Shown here one piece after another: positions 36,445 through 49,300 of a stretch of DNA of 64,000 bases; positions within the stretch are counted from its first letter, which is position 1, and every line of letters begins with the position of its first letter. The translations under genes were made by a program, and so were the position numbers. This DNA is from Felis catus (Eukaryota): assembly GCF_018350175.1 (NCBI RefSeq), contig NC_058368.1:84384001-84448000 (forward strand), in the 5' to 3' direction. The notes beneath the pieces are model-generated. The model had not been told where the DNA came from, did not search any database, and worked only from the letters and a program-made list of their open reading frames with translations.

Positions 36445-37730
36445 AAAACAGTAGAACAGATCAATGAAACCAGGATCTGGTTCCTTGAAAGAATTAACAA
36501 AATTGATACACCCCTAGCCAGTTTGATCAAAAAGGGAAAGGAAAGGACCCAGTAAATAATATAAAGAATGAAAGAGGAGAAACCAACCTGCAGAACCAAC
36601 ACTGCAGAAACAAAAACAATAATAAGAAAATATTATGAGCAATTATATGCCAATAAATTGGGCAATCTGGAAGAAATGGAAAAGTTCCTAGAAACATATC
36701 AACTACCAAAACTGAAACAAGAAAAAATAGAAAATTTGAATAGACCCATAACCAATAAAGAAATCGAATTACTAATCAAAAATCTCCCCCAAAACAAGAG
36801 TCCAGGACTAGATGTGTTTCCAGGGGAATTGTACCAAACATTTAAAGAAGTTAACACCTATACTCTTGAAGTTGTTCCAAAAAATGTAAATGGAAGGAAA
36901 ACTCCCAAACTCATTCTATGAAGCCAACATTACTTTGATTTCAAAACCAGACAAAGACCCTGCTAAAAAGGAGAACTAGCAACCAACTCCCAGATGAGCA
37001 TAGATGCAAATATCCTCAACAAGTTACTAGCCAACTGGATCCAACAATACATTAAAAGAATTATTCACCACAACCAAGTGGGATTTATACCTGGGATGCA
37101 GGGCTGGTTCAATATACACCAAACAATCATTGTGATACATTATATCAATAAAAGAAAGGAAAAGAACCAAATGGTCCTCTCGATAGATGCAGAGAAAGCA
37201 TTCAGCAAAATACAGTATCCTTTCATGATAAAAAAACCTTCAAGAAAGTAGGGATTGAAGCATCATACCTCAAGATCATAAAAGTCATGTATGAAAGACC
37301 CACCACTAATAACATCCTCAATGGGGAAAAACTAATTTAATTTAAAAGAAGAGTATCATGTCATCTGCAAATAGAGTTTGAATTTTTCCTTGCTAATCTG
37401 AATGACTTTTCTTTTTTTTGTATGATTGCTGTGCTTAGGAATTCCAGTATTATTTAAATAACAATGGTGAGAATGGACAACCCTGTCTTCTTCCTGACCA
37501 TAGAGGGAAACCTCTCAGTTTTTCCCCATTCCATGATATTAGGTGTGGGTTATTCATAAGTGCCCTTTATTATATTGAGGGTTGTTCCCTGTAAACTTAA
37601 TTTGTTGACAGTTTTTCTCTACAATAAATGTTGTACTTTGTCAAATGCTTTTTCTGCATCTATTAAAAATATCATATAGTTCTTAAATATTCTATAATTG
37701 ATATCATGTAACACATTGATTTGCAAATAT

Positions 37731-40700
37731 ATTTTTTAACATATTTATTTATTTTTTTCAAAATTTTATTTAATTTCTAGTTAACATACAGTGCAATATT
37801 GGTTTCAGAGGTAGAAATCAGTGATTGATTCATCACTTACAACACGGAGCACATCATAACAAGTACCCTACTTAATACCCATCACCCATCTAGCCTACCC
37901 CCCCACCCACCTCCCTTCATCAACTCAGTTTGTTCTCTCTCTTAAAAAGATAACTTTTATGGTTTGTTTTCCTCTGTATTTCCCCCTCCTTTATGTTTAT
38001 CTGTTTTGTTTCTTAAATTCCGCATATGAGTGAAATCATATTGTATATGTCTTTCTCTGACTTATTTCACTTAGCATAATATGCTCTTAGCTCCATCCAC
38101 ATTGCCAATGGCAAGGTTTCATTCTTTTATGGCTGAGTAATACTCTATTGTATATATATATGTACCACATCTTCTTTACCCATTCGTCAGTCAATGAAAA
38201 TTTGGGCTCTCTCCATAGTTTGGCTATTACTGACAATGCTGCTGTAAACATTGAGGTGCATGTATACCTTGAATTTGTATTTTTGTATCCTTGGGTAAAT
38301 AACTAGTAATGCAATTTCTGGATCATAGGATCATAGGGTAAGTTCTATTTTTAACTTTTTGAGGAACCTCCATACTCCAAACCTCCATAGTTTGCATTTC
38401 CATGAACAGTGTAAGAGTGTTCATCTTTCTCTGCATCCTTGCCATTGCTGTTATTTCCTGTGTTTTAATTTTAGCCATTCTGACAGGTGTGAGGTGGTAT
38501 CTTACTGCGCTTTTGATTTATATTTCTCTGATGATGAGTAATGTTGAGCATCTTTTCATGTGTCTATTAGCCATCTGGATGTCTTCTTTGAAAAAATGTC
38601 TGTTCATGTCTTCTGCCCATTTTTAATTGGGTTGTTTTTTAGGTATTGAATTTGATAAGTTCTTTATAGATTTTGGATCCTAACCCCTTATCAGATATGT
38701 CATTTGCAAATATCTTCTCTCATTTGAAAAGCTGCCTTTTAGTTTTGTTGATTGTTTTCCAACACCAATTGTTGAAGAGGCTGTTTTTTTTTTTCCCCTC
38801 ATTGGCTATTCTTTCCTTCTTTGTTGAAGATTAGTGGACCATATAATTGTGGGTCTATTTCTGGGTTTTCTGTTCTGTTTTATTGATCTATTTGTCTGGT
38901 TTTGTGTCAGTACCATACAGTCTTAAGTACTACAGTTTGAAATATAACTTAAAGTCCAGAATTGGGAAGTGTCCTGCTTTGTTTTTCTTTTTCAAGATTA
39001 GTTTGCCTAGTCAGGGTCTTTTATGTTTCCATACAAATGTTGGCACTGTTTGTTCTAGCTCTGTGAAAAATGCTGGTGGCACTTTGATAGGGATGCATTG
39101 AATGTGTATATTGTTTTGGATAGTATAGACATTTTAACAGTTCTTTTTAACTCTTTTATCTCTGTGGTAAGGGTTTTCCTGAAGTCTTCCATTTTTGTTC
39201 CAAGCCCAGCTAGTGTCCTTTTGAGTGTTGTTTTAAATTCTCCACCAGGCAATTACTTATATCTGTTTTGCTTAGATTTCTGGCCATTGTCTTAACTTAC
39301 TCTTTCATTTGGGATGAATCCCTCCATCTTGGCATTTTGTCTGTCTTTGCCTTCCTCTCAATGTTAGAAAAGTCTGCTATGTTTCCTGCTCCTTAAGGTA
39401 ATGGCTTTATGAAAGAGAAGTTATGTAGTGTCCAGGGCCTTGCCCTTGAGGGAGCATCTCTTGTGAAATCTGCTGTTGTGTTTTGGCTGCTCTATCCCTC
39501 AGGCCAGCTGTTTGCAGAGGCTGTCCTTGCCTGCCTTGGGCAGTGTTTATTTCTTGGCCAGGATGTGGTAAGTTTTACCTAGGTGTGCTCTGGTCTGCTT
39601 GTGAAATGAGACCTGATAGTACTTTCAGTAGAAATGGAGCCTTGCAGAACTCTGCCAGGAGATGTGTTCTGGGCAGCATTTTCTATGGGTCTTCTGGGGA
39701 ACAGGACTGCTGCAGTTGACTGAAGCGAGCTTGACTGAGAAGGGTAATCTCACCGAAGCGCAGGGGTGTGGGATAAGCAAGTTATTGGTATAATCAAGTT
39801 ATTCAGTGAAAGTCAGCACTGCACTGCTTCCCATAGGTGGCTCTGTGCTTACGTTGAGGAATGGGGGAGGCAAATGGCACCAGCCAGCTCCTTTGTCTCC
39901 AGAGAGGTGTCACCATGTATGCTGCCTCTCAGGAAAGAGCTCCCAAGAGAGGACATAATCTTCCCCATTGTGTGTCCCAGGTGTTTTTCAGATTGCTGTT
40001 TCCACACTGTCTGCCTGTGGGTTTTTTGCCTGCCTTCTCTCCAAGAGCAGCGTAGTACCCTCCAGGCTCTATCCCAGCTTGTATACTGACCTTTGAAACT
40101 CTAGGCTTTAGAGACATGGTGTGGGCAGGGGTTTGAGCTGATCTTCTAGGGGAGGGGCCCACTATGCTGGGACTGAGACAAACTTGACTGAGAAGGGCTG
40201 TCTTGCCAGAGTGCAGGGGTTTGGCTCTTGGTGTAAGCAAGTTAGGCAGTCAGTGCTGCTGCTGTGCTGCTTTCTGCAGGTGGCTCTGTATTCATGCTGA
40301 AGAGTGGGGAAGGCAGATGCTGTTGACAGCTCCTTTGTTTCTGGACAGGACTCTCTGTGAATGCTGCCTCTCAGGTAGACTCTCCAAGAAGAATGAATAA
40401 TCTCCCTGCTGTATGTCCCTAATGTTCTTCCTATAGCTATTTCCATGCTGTCTGTCTCCCAGTTGTTTGCCTGCCTCCTCTCCAGGAGCAGGGCAATGCC
40501 ATTAGGGCTGTATCCCAGTCAAACCCACTGACCTTTGAAATCCCAGGCTAAGCCCTGCTGGTTGCAAGAACTCACAAAAATCAGCCCCTCTTTTTTACCC
40601 AGATAATGTTTTTACCAAAATTTTCTCCTTGTCCATTCCCCTGTGTGCTCTACTCTCTCTAACCCTTCTTTGCAACCACAGCTCTCTCCTTCCTCCACAG

Positions 40701-40900
40701 CACCACCATCTGTCTTTCTCCTAAACCATGACTCCTCACTTCCTACCTTCTTTGATTTGGCCTTTTCTCTTTATTTACCTGTAGAGTTTTTATGTCTGTC
40801 TTCAGGTCAATTTCTGATATATTTAGGATGATCGGATAGTTATCAAGCTGTATTTGTGGGACAAGATGAGCCTAGAGTCCTCCTACTCTGCTGCCATTTT
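37731..40900 (-). mobile_element. Internally deleted carnivore L1: 5'UTR with duplicated unit, ORF1 N-terminus, then ORF2 3' end and 3'UTR
   Basis: ORF 39055-39252 is an ORF1/ORF2 fusion (..TLTTEIKELKR|TVKMSILSK..); 5' end ctcctactctgctgccattt. Confidence 0.8.
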
Positions 40901-41985
40901 CTACCTTTTCCACCCAAGCTTCTGGTCTTAGCCTACTTTGGAAACAGATCTCTTCCCAACAAGCTTTCCTATCCTGTATGTGCACATCAACAAAAAATGT
41001 GTTCCTTTAATAATATGTCTTAATATATTTTGTGTAAAAAAATTTTGCTAAAGGACTTGCTGAGGTCACCTCCAGTTTACACCAACTTGCCTCACATCCG
41101 AACTGGCAAAGTAATGAAGGTAGAGCTCTCAGAGGCTGCTATGTGTCAGGTTTCTTCAGGAATGCTCACTTTATTAATATAAAGATAGAGGATAGAATTG
41201 TCAGTAATATGGATGTACAAAGTATTACTATTAATATCACCAGCCTGATACTTGAGTGTGCTTCTATTAATAGAAAGAAATAGTATTGCTTATATCAATC
41301 CTAAGGTGATCACCTAAATGATCTCTCACCTTAGAGACTAATTGCTCTCTTGTTCTGAGAAATGAGGGCGATTTTTGATTTGGTACCAAGGGATTCATTA
41401 CTGTCAGGACTCCTTCAGGAATCATTTTTGCACCATCTAAAAGTTTGATCTCTTTGCATTCAAATCATACAGTCTCAGGTATTGAACAAACTACGCAAGT
41501 GAAGAGGGAAGGATATCTTTCCAGGTGTTGGAGTGGAAGATGGTGTTTGGAGGGTTTGATTTCCATGTTGGGGAATTATATTTATGGAGTTAAAAAATCC
41601 CAGCTTCCTGCAAGCCCATGCTGGACTCTTGCCACGTGCTTCTTTTCTCTGTAAGGGGGAGGCAGCACTTTATGAAAGGCTGTGTCTATGTGGCCCTAGC
41701 CTGGCCTTTTGGGGAATAGGAGTGCTGGCAGAGGCCAAGTGATCACCATAAGTCCTCATTAACCACTGACACTTGGGATCTTCCCTGGAGGGTTCAATAG
41801 GAAACTTTTTTACAAAATAGTGCTTACTTTTCTTTGATAATGAAAGCAATCAATAGGGAATTTATAATGGAAGAATCATAATTTTTCAAAGAGCATGCTA
41901 ATCAGAAAAATCTCAAGAGGGTAAAACCTGGTGGCTCCCTGGCAGCCAATACACTCAAGATAGATCATATTTGTATATGCTTATC

Positions 41986-41988
<3 letters not shown>

Positions 41989-42022
<34 letters not shown>
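41989..42022. repeat. (TA)n microsatellite
   Basis: Direct reading. Confidence 0.95.
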
Positions 42023-42026
<4 letters not shown>

Positions 42027-42079
42027 TTATGTGTGCATGTGCGTATGTGTGTATGCATATGTAACATACACATTTATAT

Positions 42080-42525
42080 TTATTTTAAAATATTTTAGAC
42101 TTATATAAAAATTACAGAAATAGTAAAAGAAAATACTTTTCACCCAGCTATTCCTAGTGCTAACGTTTTATGTAAGCATAGCACAGTTGTTAAAACCAGT
42201 TAGTTAGAAGTTAACTAAACTACTTTTTCACTTTTCATGAGTTTTTTCACTAGTGTCCAACCAGGACCCTGTATTGCATTTGGCTAGAATGTACTTTTAG
42301 TCTCTTTCCATCTCTAGCCAATCCTTATTCTTTTCCAACTTTGACATATTTTAAGATTACTGAGTGACCCACAGTTTTGGTTTGTTGGCTGTTTTCTCAT
42401 TATTTAATAGAGGTCATGCATTTTTGGCAAGAATGCCACAGAAGGAATATCGTTTCCTCCCTAGAGCACCATATCAGGGAGTAACTGATGTCAAACTGCC
42501 TTGTTAGTGATAATGTTAGCATTGA
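42080..42525 (-). mobile_element. Ancient L1M 3'UTR fragment
   Basis: attttagacttata..aaattacag, cattgcatttgg-like motif, tttttggcaagaatgccacagaag. Confidence 0.6.
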
Positions 42526-42732
42526 ATAGCACAGAAAGGTTTTGAGTTAGGAGAAAACAAACCTGACACTACAAGCAGACTGCTCCAGCCTAGATAAGTA
42601 GCCAGCTATTTCTTTGGGAAGTGTCTTTTCACTCACTACCAGCAGAGGAACCTGTACTCTTAAGAGGATGTCCCTCCATCAGGCCTGACTGTGTAAAACC
42701 ACCATCCCTTCCTTAGGCTCTAAAGAATATGG

Positions 42733-42945
42733 AGTTGCCTGGGTGTTTTAGTTGGTTAAGCATCCGATGCTTGATTTTGGCTTGGGTTGTGATCTCACCG
42801 TTGGTGGGTTCGAGCCCTGTGTCAGGCTCTGTGCTGACAGCCAGAGCCTGCTTGGCATTCTATTTCTCCCTCTCTCTCTGTCCCTCCCCAACTCACACAC
42901 TCTCTCTCATTCTCAAAGTAAGTAAATATTAAAAAAAAAAAAAAA
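42733..42945 (+). mobile_element. Can-SINE
   Basis: gcctgggtgttttagttggttaagcatcc head, poly-A. Confidence 0.85.
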
Positions 42946-42967
42946 GAAGAAGAACATGACTTGCTTA

Positions 42968-43172
42968 GGACACCTGGGTGGCTCAGTCAGTTTAGTGTCC
43001 AGCTCTTGATTTCAGCTCAGGTCATGGTTCCATGGTTCATGGTTGAGCCCTGCATTAGGCTCCACTTTGACAATGAAGAGCCAGCTTGAGGTTCTCTCTC
43101 TCCCTCTCCCCTGCTCATGCACACTCTCGCTCTTTCTCAAGAAAAAATAAATTAATTAAATTAAAAAAAAAA
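42968..43172 (+). mobile_element. Can-SINE
   Basis: ggacacctgggtggctcagtcagtt head, A-rich tail. Confidence 0.85.
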
Positions 43173-43319
43173 CTTAAAGAATATAGACTGGCTTGATGGG
43201 AGGCATGGGCTTTGGCTTCATTAATCCTGTCCTCTAAGTTAGTTTTTCTCAAACACATTTGACCATATTCTATAGTAATAACAACAGGAAAGATGAAAAT
43301 AACAAAACAAATGACCTCA

Positions 43320-43545
43320 CTGAGTGAGGTGCTAAAGGTTTTACATTTGATATCTTTTTTATTTAATTCTAATGACATTGTGCAGTAGGTCCATAATTAT
43401 TATGTCCATAATTCTCAGATAATAAAATTGAGACCCAAAGAGATCAAGAAATTTGTCCAAGGTTACAAGGCTCCTAAGAGGCAGGGCCCAGATTTAAGTT
43501 CAGACCTCCAGTCCCTCAAGTGTGACCCTTCACCACATATCATGC
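43320..43545 (-). mobile_element. MIR relic
   Basis: cagataataaaattgagacccaaagagatcaagaaatttgtccaaggttaca. Confidence 0.6.
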
Positions 43546-43616
43546 TACCTCCAAATAGCCAAAGGGCCATAAGAATAATCCATGTTGTGAATGGACCCAA
43601 TCCACTCATGTATATA

Positions 43617-43777
43617 AACACACACCACACACCACACACAGGCACACACAAACCACACACCAAACACATGCCACATGTACACCCCCACACCACACACGCT
43701 CCTTCCCACATATCACACACACCACATGCAAACCATACACTCTCCCACACACACTTACACACATAGTGATACACACA
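43617..43777. repeat. Degenerate (CA)-rich low-complexity repeat
   Basis: Direct reading. Confidence 0.85.
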
Positions 43778-44324
43778 GTTACATACTCATGCAGTCATAA
43801 ATGAAACAAAAGTTGTGCAGAGTTTCTCTCTACCAGGTGTGATGCTCTGAAATTTTGTCTTGTCTATTTCATTTTTTAGAATTCTGGAATTTTCAAATTT
43901 CTTTAATGGTTCTGTGAATGATGAGAAAACCCTGCCTATAGTTCATTTGCTTCAGAGACGCACACACTATCCTCTTCTCTGTGTGCTAATTATGAGACTA
44001 GAGCAGTGGAACCCAGAGGTGATGGCAAGGTGTACTGCGTGTGCTGCAGGCAATTTTGAGAAAATCTTTAATTATGGGTGTGGAATATGGGTTATGCTTT
44101 TTGAATTTTCCCAAATTTTGGGAAATTTTTAGAATGCTCTGTTCAATGTTATGTTATCTCTTTTATTCAATAAGAAATATGTACTTTGATGGAGAATTGC
44201 AAGAAGATGGTCTAAGATACTTTTAAGAAAATGTTTTGAAAAAAAGTCCAGACCCTTGCAACCAAAGACTTTATAGCTAATTTGTACTTTGACAAAGGCC
44301 TGTAAAATGGAAACCTTCTCTGTG

Positions 44325-44885
44325 GTCTTTGCAGTAAAAAGTTAACTCAGAAGTTCTGGATGGTCTAAACCTACACATTCCAAACAAGGTCTTCTGTGGC
44401 TCTTGGGAGGTAACTATAAACCCTTGGAATATTGTACCTGATAAAATTGTCTTTGTTTAACTGGGGCTTGGGCCATCCCAGATAATCTATGCCAACAACT
44501 TGACTTACGTTGGGGACCTTGAGCCATGTGGTATTAACTTGACCTTTGGAGGGTCTGGAGACTAAGGTCAGCCCCCCAGGCAGGCAATCATAACTATGTG
44601 ACTGACTCCCTCCAAAAAAAACCCTGGACACCAAGGCTCAGGTAACCTTCTGTGGGCTGTCATACATCACTGATAGGAGAATTAAGCACTGTCCATATGA
44701 CTACTGGAAGAGGAAAGCTGGAAACCTGAACCTGGTCTTTCTTGGACCCTAAAAGGTTTATCTTTGCCAGTTTTAATATATATTCTTTCACAGTAATAAA
44801 CCACTACCATGAGTATAACAGCTTTTCTCAGTTCTGCGAGTCCTTCTGTTAAATCTGAGGGTGGTCTTGAGGACCTTCAACAACA
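44325..44885 (+). mobile_element. MER21/MER68-like ERVL LTR
   Basis: aaaaagttaactcag, aaacccttggaatattgtacctgataa, taataaaccactaccatgagtataacagcttttct..gagggtggtcttgaggacc. Confidence 0.7.
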
Positions 44886-45295
44886 GGTTTGGACACACTT
44901 GGGAGTAGCAAGGGCATGGGTGTAGGGAGTGAGGGGTCTGATGCTCAAGGTAGTGATCTTGTGGTAAGACTGCCTTTGAGGACATTGTAAGTGAATGGCT
45001 CTGACTCTGAGAAAGCAGCTGAGGGATAGGCAGGAGTATGGGAATGAGAGTGAGGAATGGTTCTTGTGCCCTTGGTGGACCAGGAGAAACAGTGTTAAGG
45101 TTCTCTTTTTCAGTACCCTATTATGGAACCCACATTAAATTAGAGAACTGATTTTCTTATATTCCTTTAGAAGAGAGGTAGTTAAATTATAGGGAACTAG
45201 GTACACTTAAGGATTAGAAAACTGCAGCCTGGGGCTTCCTGGATTCCACTGGGAGGACCAAATTCAGGGACCCTATTTTTTTTTCTCATCCAAAA

Positions 45296-45313
45296 TTTTC
45301 TTTCTTTCTTTCT

Positions 45314-45408
<95 letters not shown>

Positions 45409-45417
45409 TTTCTTTCT
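45296..45417. repeat. (TTTC)n microsatellite derived from an L1 poly-A tail
   Basis: Direct reading; abuts a minus-strand L1 3' end. Confidence 0.9.
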
Positions 45418-45827
45418 CATTCTTTATTTCCAAGATTATATTTAAATTCAACTTAGTTAACAATATGGTGTCATATTTGTTTCGGGACTAGAATTTAGTG
45501 ACTCATCATTTACATACAACACCAGGTGCTCATCACAACAAGTGTCCTCCTTAATGCCCTTCACCCATTTAGCTCATCTCGCCACCCACCTCCCCTCCAG
45601 TAACCCTCAGATTGTTCTCTATAGTTAAGAATCTCTTATGGTTTACCTACATGTTTTCATCTTATTTTCTTTTTTTTTCTTCCCCTATGTTCATCTGTTT
45701 TGTTTTTTTAAATTCTACATATAGGTGAAATCATATGGCATTGTTCTTTCTCTGGCTGACTTATTTTTCTTAACATAATACATTCTAATCCATCCATGTC
45801 ATTGAAAATGTCAAGATTTCACTATTT
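45418..45827 (-). mobile_element. Carnivore L1 3'UTR fragment
   Basis: gaatttagtgactcatcatttacatacaacaccaggtgctcatcac. Confidence 0.85.
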
Positions 45828-46307
45828 GTTTCTTTAAAATATTTTTGTAATTCAATTTTAGTTAGTTAATACACTGTGCAATATTGGTTTCAGGAATAGA
45901 ATTCAGTGAACCATACAACACCCTGTGCTCATCACAACACGTGTCTTCCTTAATACCCATCACCCATCTAGCCTATCTCCCACCTCCCTCCCTCCATCAA
46001 CCCTGTTTGTTCTCTATAATTAAGCATCTCTTGTGTTTTGTTTCTCTCTCTTTTCTTTTGTTCCATCCCCTCCCATATGTTCATCTGTTTTTTTTCTTAA
46101 ATTACACATGAGTGAAATCATATGATATTTTTCTTTCTCGGGCTGAATATTTCCCTTAGCATAATACATTCTAACTCCATCCACGCCCTTGCAAATGGCA
46201 AGATTTCATTCTTTTTGATGATATATATATACACACACACATATATACATCTTTCAATGTATATTATGTGTGTGTGTATATATATACATATATACTATCT
46301 TTTGATG

Positions 46308-46352
<45 letters not shown>

Positions 46353-49300
46353 ATTCACACATTGATGGACATTTGGGCTCTCTCCATAGCCTGGTTATTG
46401 TTGAAAATGCCTGTATAAACATTGGAGTGTGTATAACTCATAGAATCTGTATTTTTGTATCCTTTGAGTAAATACCTAACAGCACAATTGCAGGATCAAA
46501 TCGTAGTTCATTTTTACATTCTTGAGGAACTTCCATGCCATTCTCCAGAGTGGGTGCACCAGTTTGCCTTCCCATCAACAGTGTAAGAGGGTTCCCCTTT
46601 CTCTGTATTTTTGCTTTTGTTTCCCTTGACTATGGAGATATGTCTACTAAGAAGTTGGTATGGCCTATGTCAAAGAGGTTGCTGCCGGTGTCAAAGAGGT
46701 TATCCTCTAGGATTTTGATGGTTTTCTGTTTCACATTTAGTCCTTTCATCCACTTTGAATTTATTTTTGCATATGGTGTAAGAAAATGGTCCAGTTTCAG
46801 TCTTCTGCATGTTGCTGTCCAACTTCCCAATACCATTTTTTAAAGAGACTGACATTTTTCCATTGGATATTCTTCCTGCCTCATCAAATGTTAGATGACC
46901 ATATACTTGTGGATCCATTTCTGGGTTCTATATCTGTTCCATTGATCTATGTGTCTGTTTTTGTGCCAGTACCATACTATCTTGATGATTGCAACTTGTA
47001 ATACAACTTGAAGTTTGGAATTGTGATCCCTCCCCCCCATTTTTTTTCTTCAACATTACTTTGGATATTTGGGATCTTTTGTGGTTCCATACAAATTTTA
47101 TAATTGTTCTATTTCTGTGACAAGTGCCAGTGCTATTTTGATAGAGATTGCAGGGAATGTGCATATTGCTTTGGGTAGCATAGACATTTTAACAATATTT
47201 GTTCTAAGCTAGGAACATGGGATGTCTTTTCACTTATTTGTGTCTTCTTCAATTTCCTTATAAGTGTTATATAGTTTTCAGAGTACACATCTCTTACCTC
47301 TTTGGTTATGTTTATTCCTAGCTATATTATGGTTTTTGGTGCAATTGTAAATGGGATCAATTCGTTGATTTATTTTCCTCCTGCTTCATTATTGGTATAT
47401 AGTAATGGAACAGATTTCTGTACATTTATTTCACATCCTGAAACTTTGCTGAATTCATGTATCAGTTCTAGCAATTTTTTGGTGGAGTCTTTAGGATTTT
47501 ACACATAGAGTATCATGTCATCTGTGAAGAGTGAAAGTTTTCCTTCTTCCTTGCTGGTTTGGGTGCCTTGTTTGGGTGATTTATTTCTTTTTGTTGACTG
47601 AGCACTTAGTCTATGACTTCCAGCACTACGTTGAATAACAGTGGTGAGAACGAAAATCCCTGTTCTGTTCCTGACCTTAAGGGAAAAGCTCTCAGTTTTT
47701 TCCCCACTGAGGATGATATTAACTGTAGGTCTTTCAAATATGACCTTTATGATATTGATATATGTTCCTTCTAGCCCTATTTTCCAAAAGGTTTTTAACA
47801 AGAAAGCATGCTGTATTGTCGCAAATGCTTTTGCTTCATCTATTGAAATAATTATATGGTTCTTATCCTTTCTTTTATTAATGTGGAATATCACATTGAT
47901 TGATTTGCATTTACTCAACCACCTCTGCATCCCAGGAATAAATGCCATTTGATAATGGTGAACAACCTTTTTTATGTATTATTGGATTTAATTTGCTGCT
48001 ATCTGTTGAGAATTTTTGCATCCAGGTTCATCAGGGATATTGGTCTGTAATTGTTTTTAGTTGGGTCTTTGGTTTTGGAATCAAGGTAATGCTGGCCTCA
48101 TAGAATGAGTTTGGAAGTTTTCTTTCCATTTATATTTTTTGGAACAGCTTCAAAAGGATATGAATTAATTCTTCATGTGTTTGATAGAATTCCCCTGGGA
48201 AGCCATCTGACCCTGGACTCTTGCTCGTTGGGAGATTTTTGATTACTGTTTCAATGTCTTACTTGTTAGGGGTCTGTTCAAATTTTTTATTTCTTCCTAT
48301 TTCAGTATGAAAGTTCATGTTTCTAGGAATTTATTCATTTCTTCCAGATTTCCCAGTTTGTTGGCATATATTTTTTCATAATATTCTGCTATAATTGTTT
48401 GCATTTCTGAGGTGTTGGTTGTGATCTCTCCTCTTTAATTTATGATTTTATTTATTTGGATCCTTTCTATTTTCTTTTTGATAAGCCTGGCTTGGCGCTA
48501 TCAATTTTGGTAATTATTTCAGTGAACCAGCTCCTACTTTTGCTCATCTGTTCTATTGATTTTTTTTTGTTTTTTTGGTTTGTATATAATTTATTTCTGC
48601 TCTAATCCTTATTATTTCCATTCTTTTGCTGTTTTGGGGCTTTATTTGCTGTTATTCTTCCATCTCCTAGAGGTGTAATATTAAGTTGTATATTTGAGAA
48701 TTTTCTTCATTCTTTTTTTTTTAAATTAATGTTTTTATTTATTTTTGAGAAAAAGAAAGAGAGAGTGAGAGAGAGTGTGAGCAGGGTAAGGGCAGAGAGA
48801 GAGAGGGAGGCACAGAATCTGAAGCAGGCTCCAGGCTCTGAGCTGACAGCATTGAGCCCAATGAGGGGCTTGAACTCATAAACCATGAGATCATGACCTG
48901 AGCTGAAGTTGGATGCTAAACCAACCAACCCAGGTGCCCCTAGAATTTTCTTCATTCTTGAGTAAGGTCTTCATTGCTATATACTTCTTATGACCACCTT
49001 TGCTGCATCTCAAAGGTTTTGGACTGTTGTGTTATCATTTTCACTGGCTTCCATATATTTTTAAATTTTTCTTCAATTACCGAGTTCACAAATTCATTCT
49101 TTATAGGATGTTCTTTAACCTCCATATATTTGTGGTCTTTCCAAATTCTTTCTTGTGGTTGACTTCAAGTTTCAAGTGGTGTTTTGTGAAAATATACATG
49201 GTACGATCTCAGTTTTTTGTATAGTTTAGGCCTGATTTGTGGCCCTAGGAGAATATTTCATGTGCACTCGAAAATTGCTACTTTTGGAGCAGTGCTTAAG

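Larger units (their letters stand above)
32251..37348 (+). mobile_element. 5'-intact, 3'-truncated carnivore L1 (5'UTR, ORF1 about 34096-34967, ORF2 from 35063 to mid-RT)
   Basis: Start ggaggggccaagatggc; ORF2 start MAINSYLSVLTRNVNGLNASIKR..CCLQETH; stops at atcctcaatggggaaaaact; TSD aagagtatcat at 32240-32250 / 37349-37359. Confidence 0.88.

Noticed and set aside
28418..41151. Identical inverted 15-mer tgctatgtgtcaggt at about 28418-28432 and about 41137-41151
   Set aside because: The flanks do not align; it is a common L2/MIR-like word and compatible with chance
43428..43774. His/Thr-rich and Cys/Val-rich ORFs
   Set aside because: Translations of a (CA)-rich low-complexity tract plus MIR sequence
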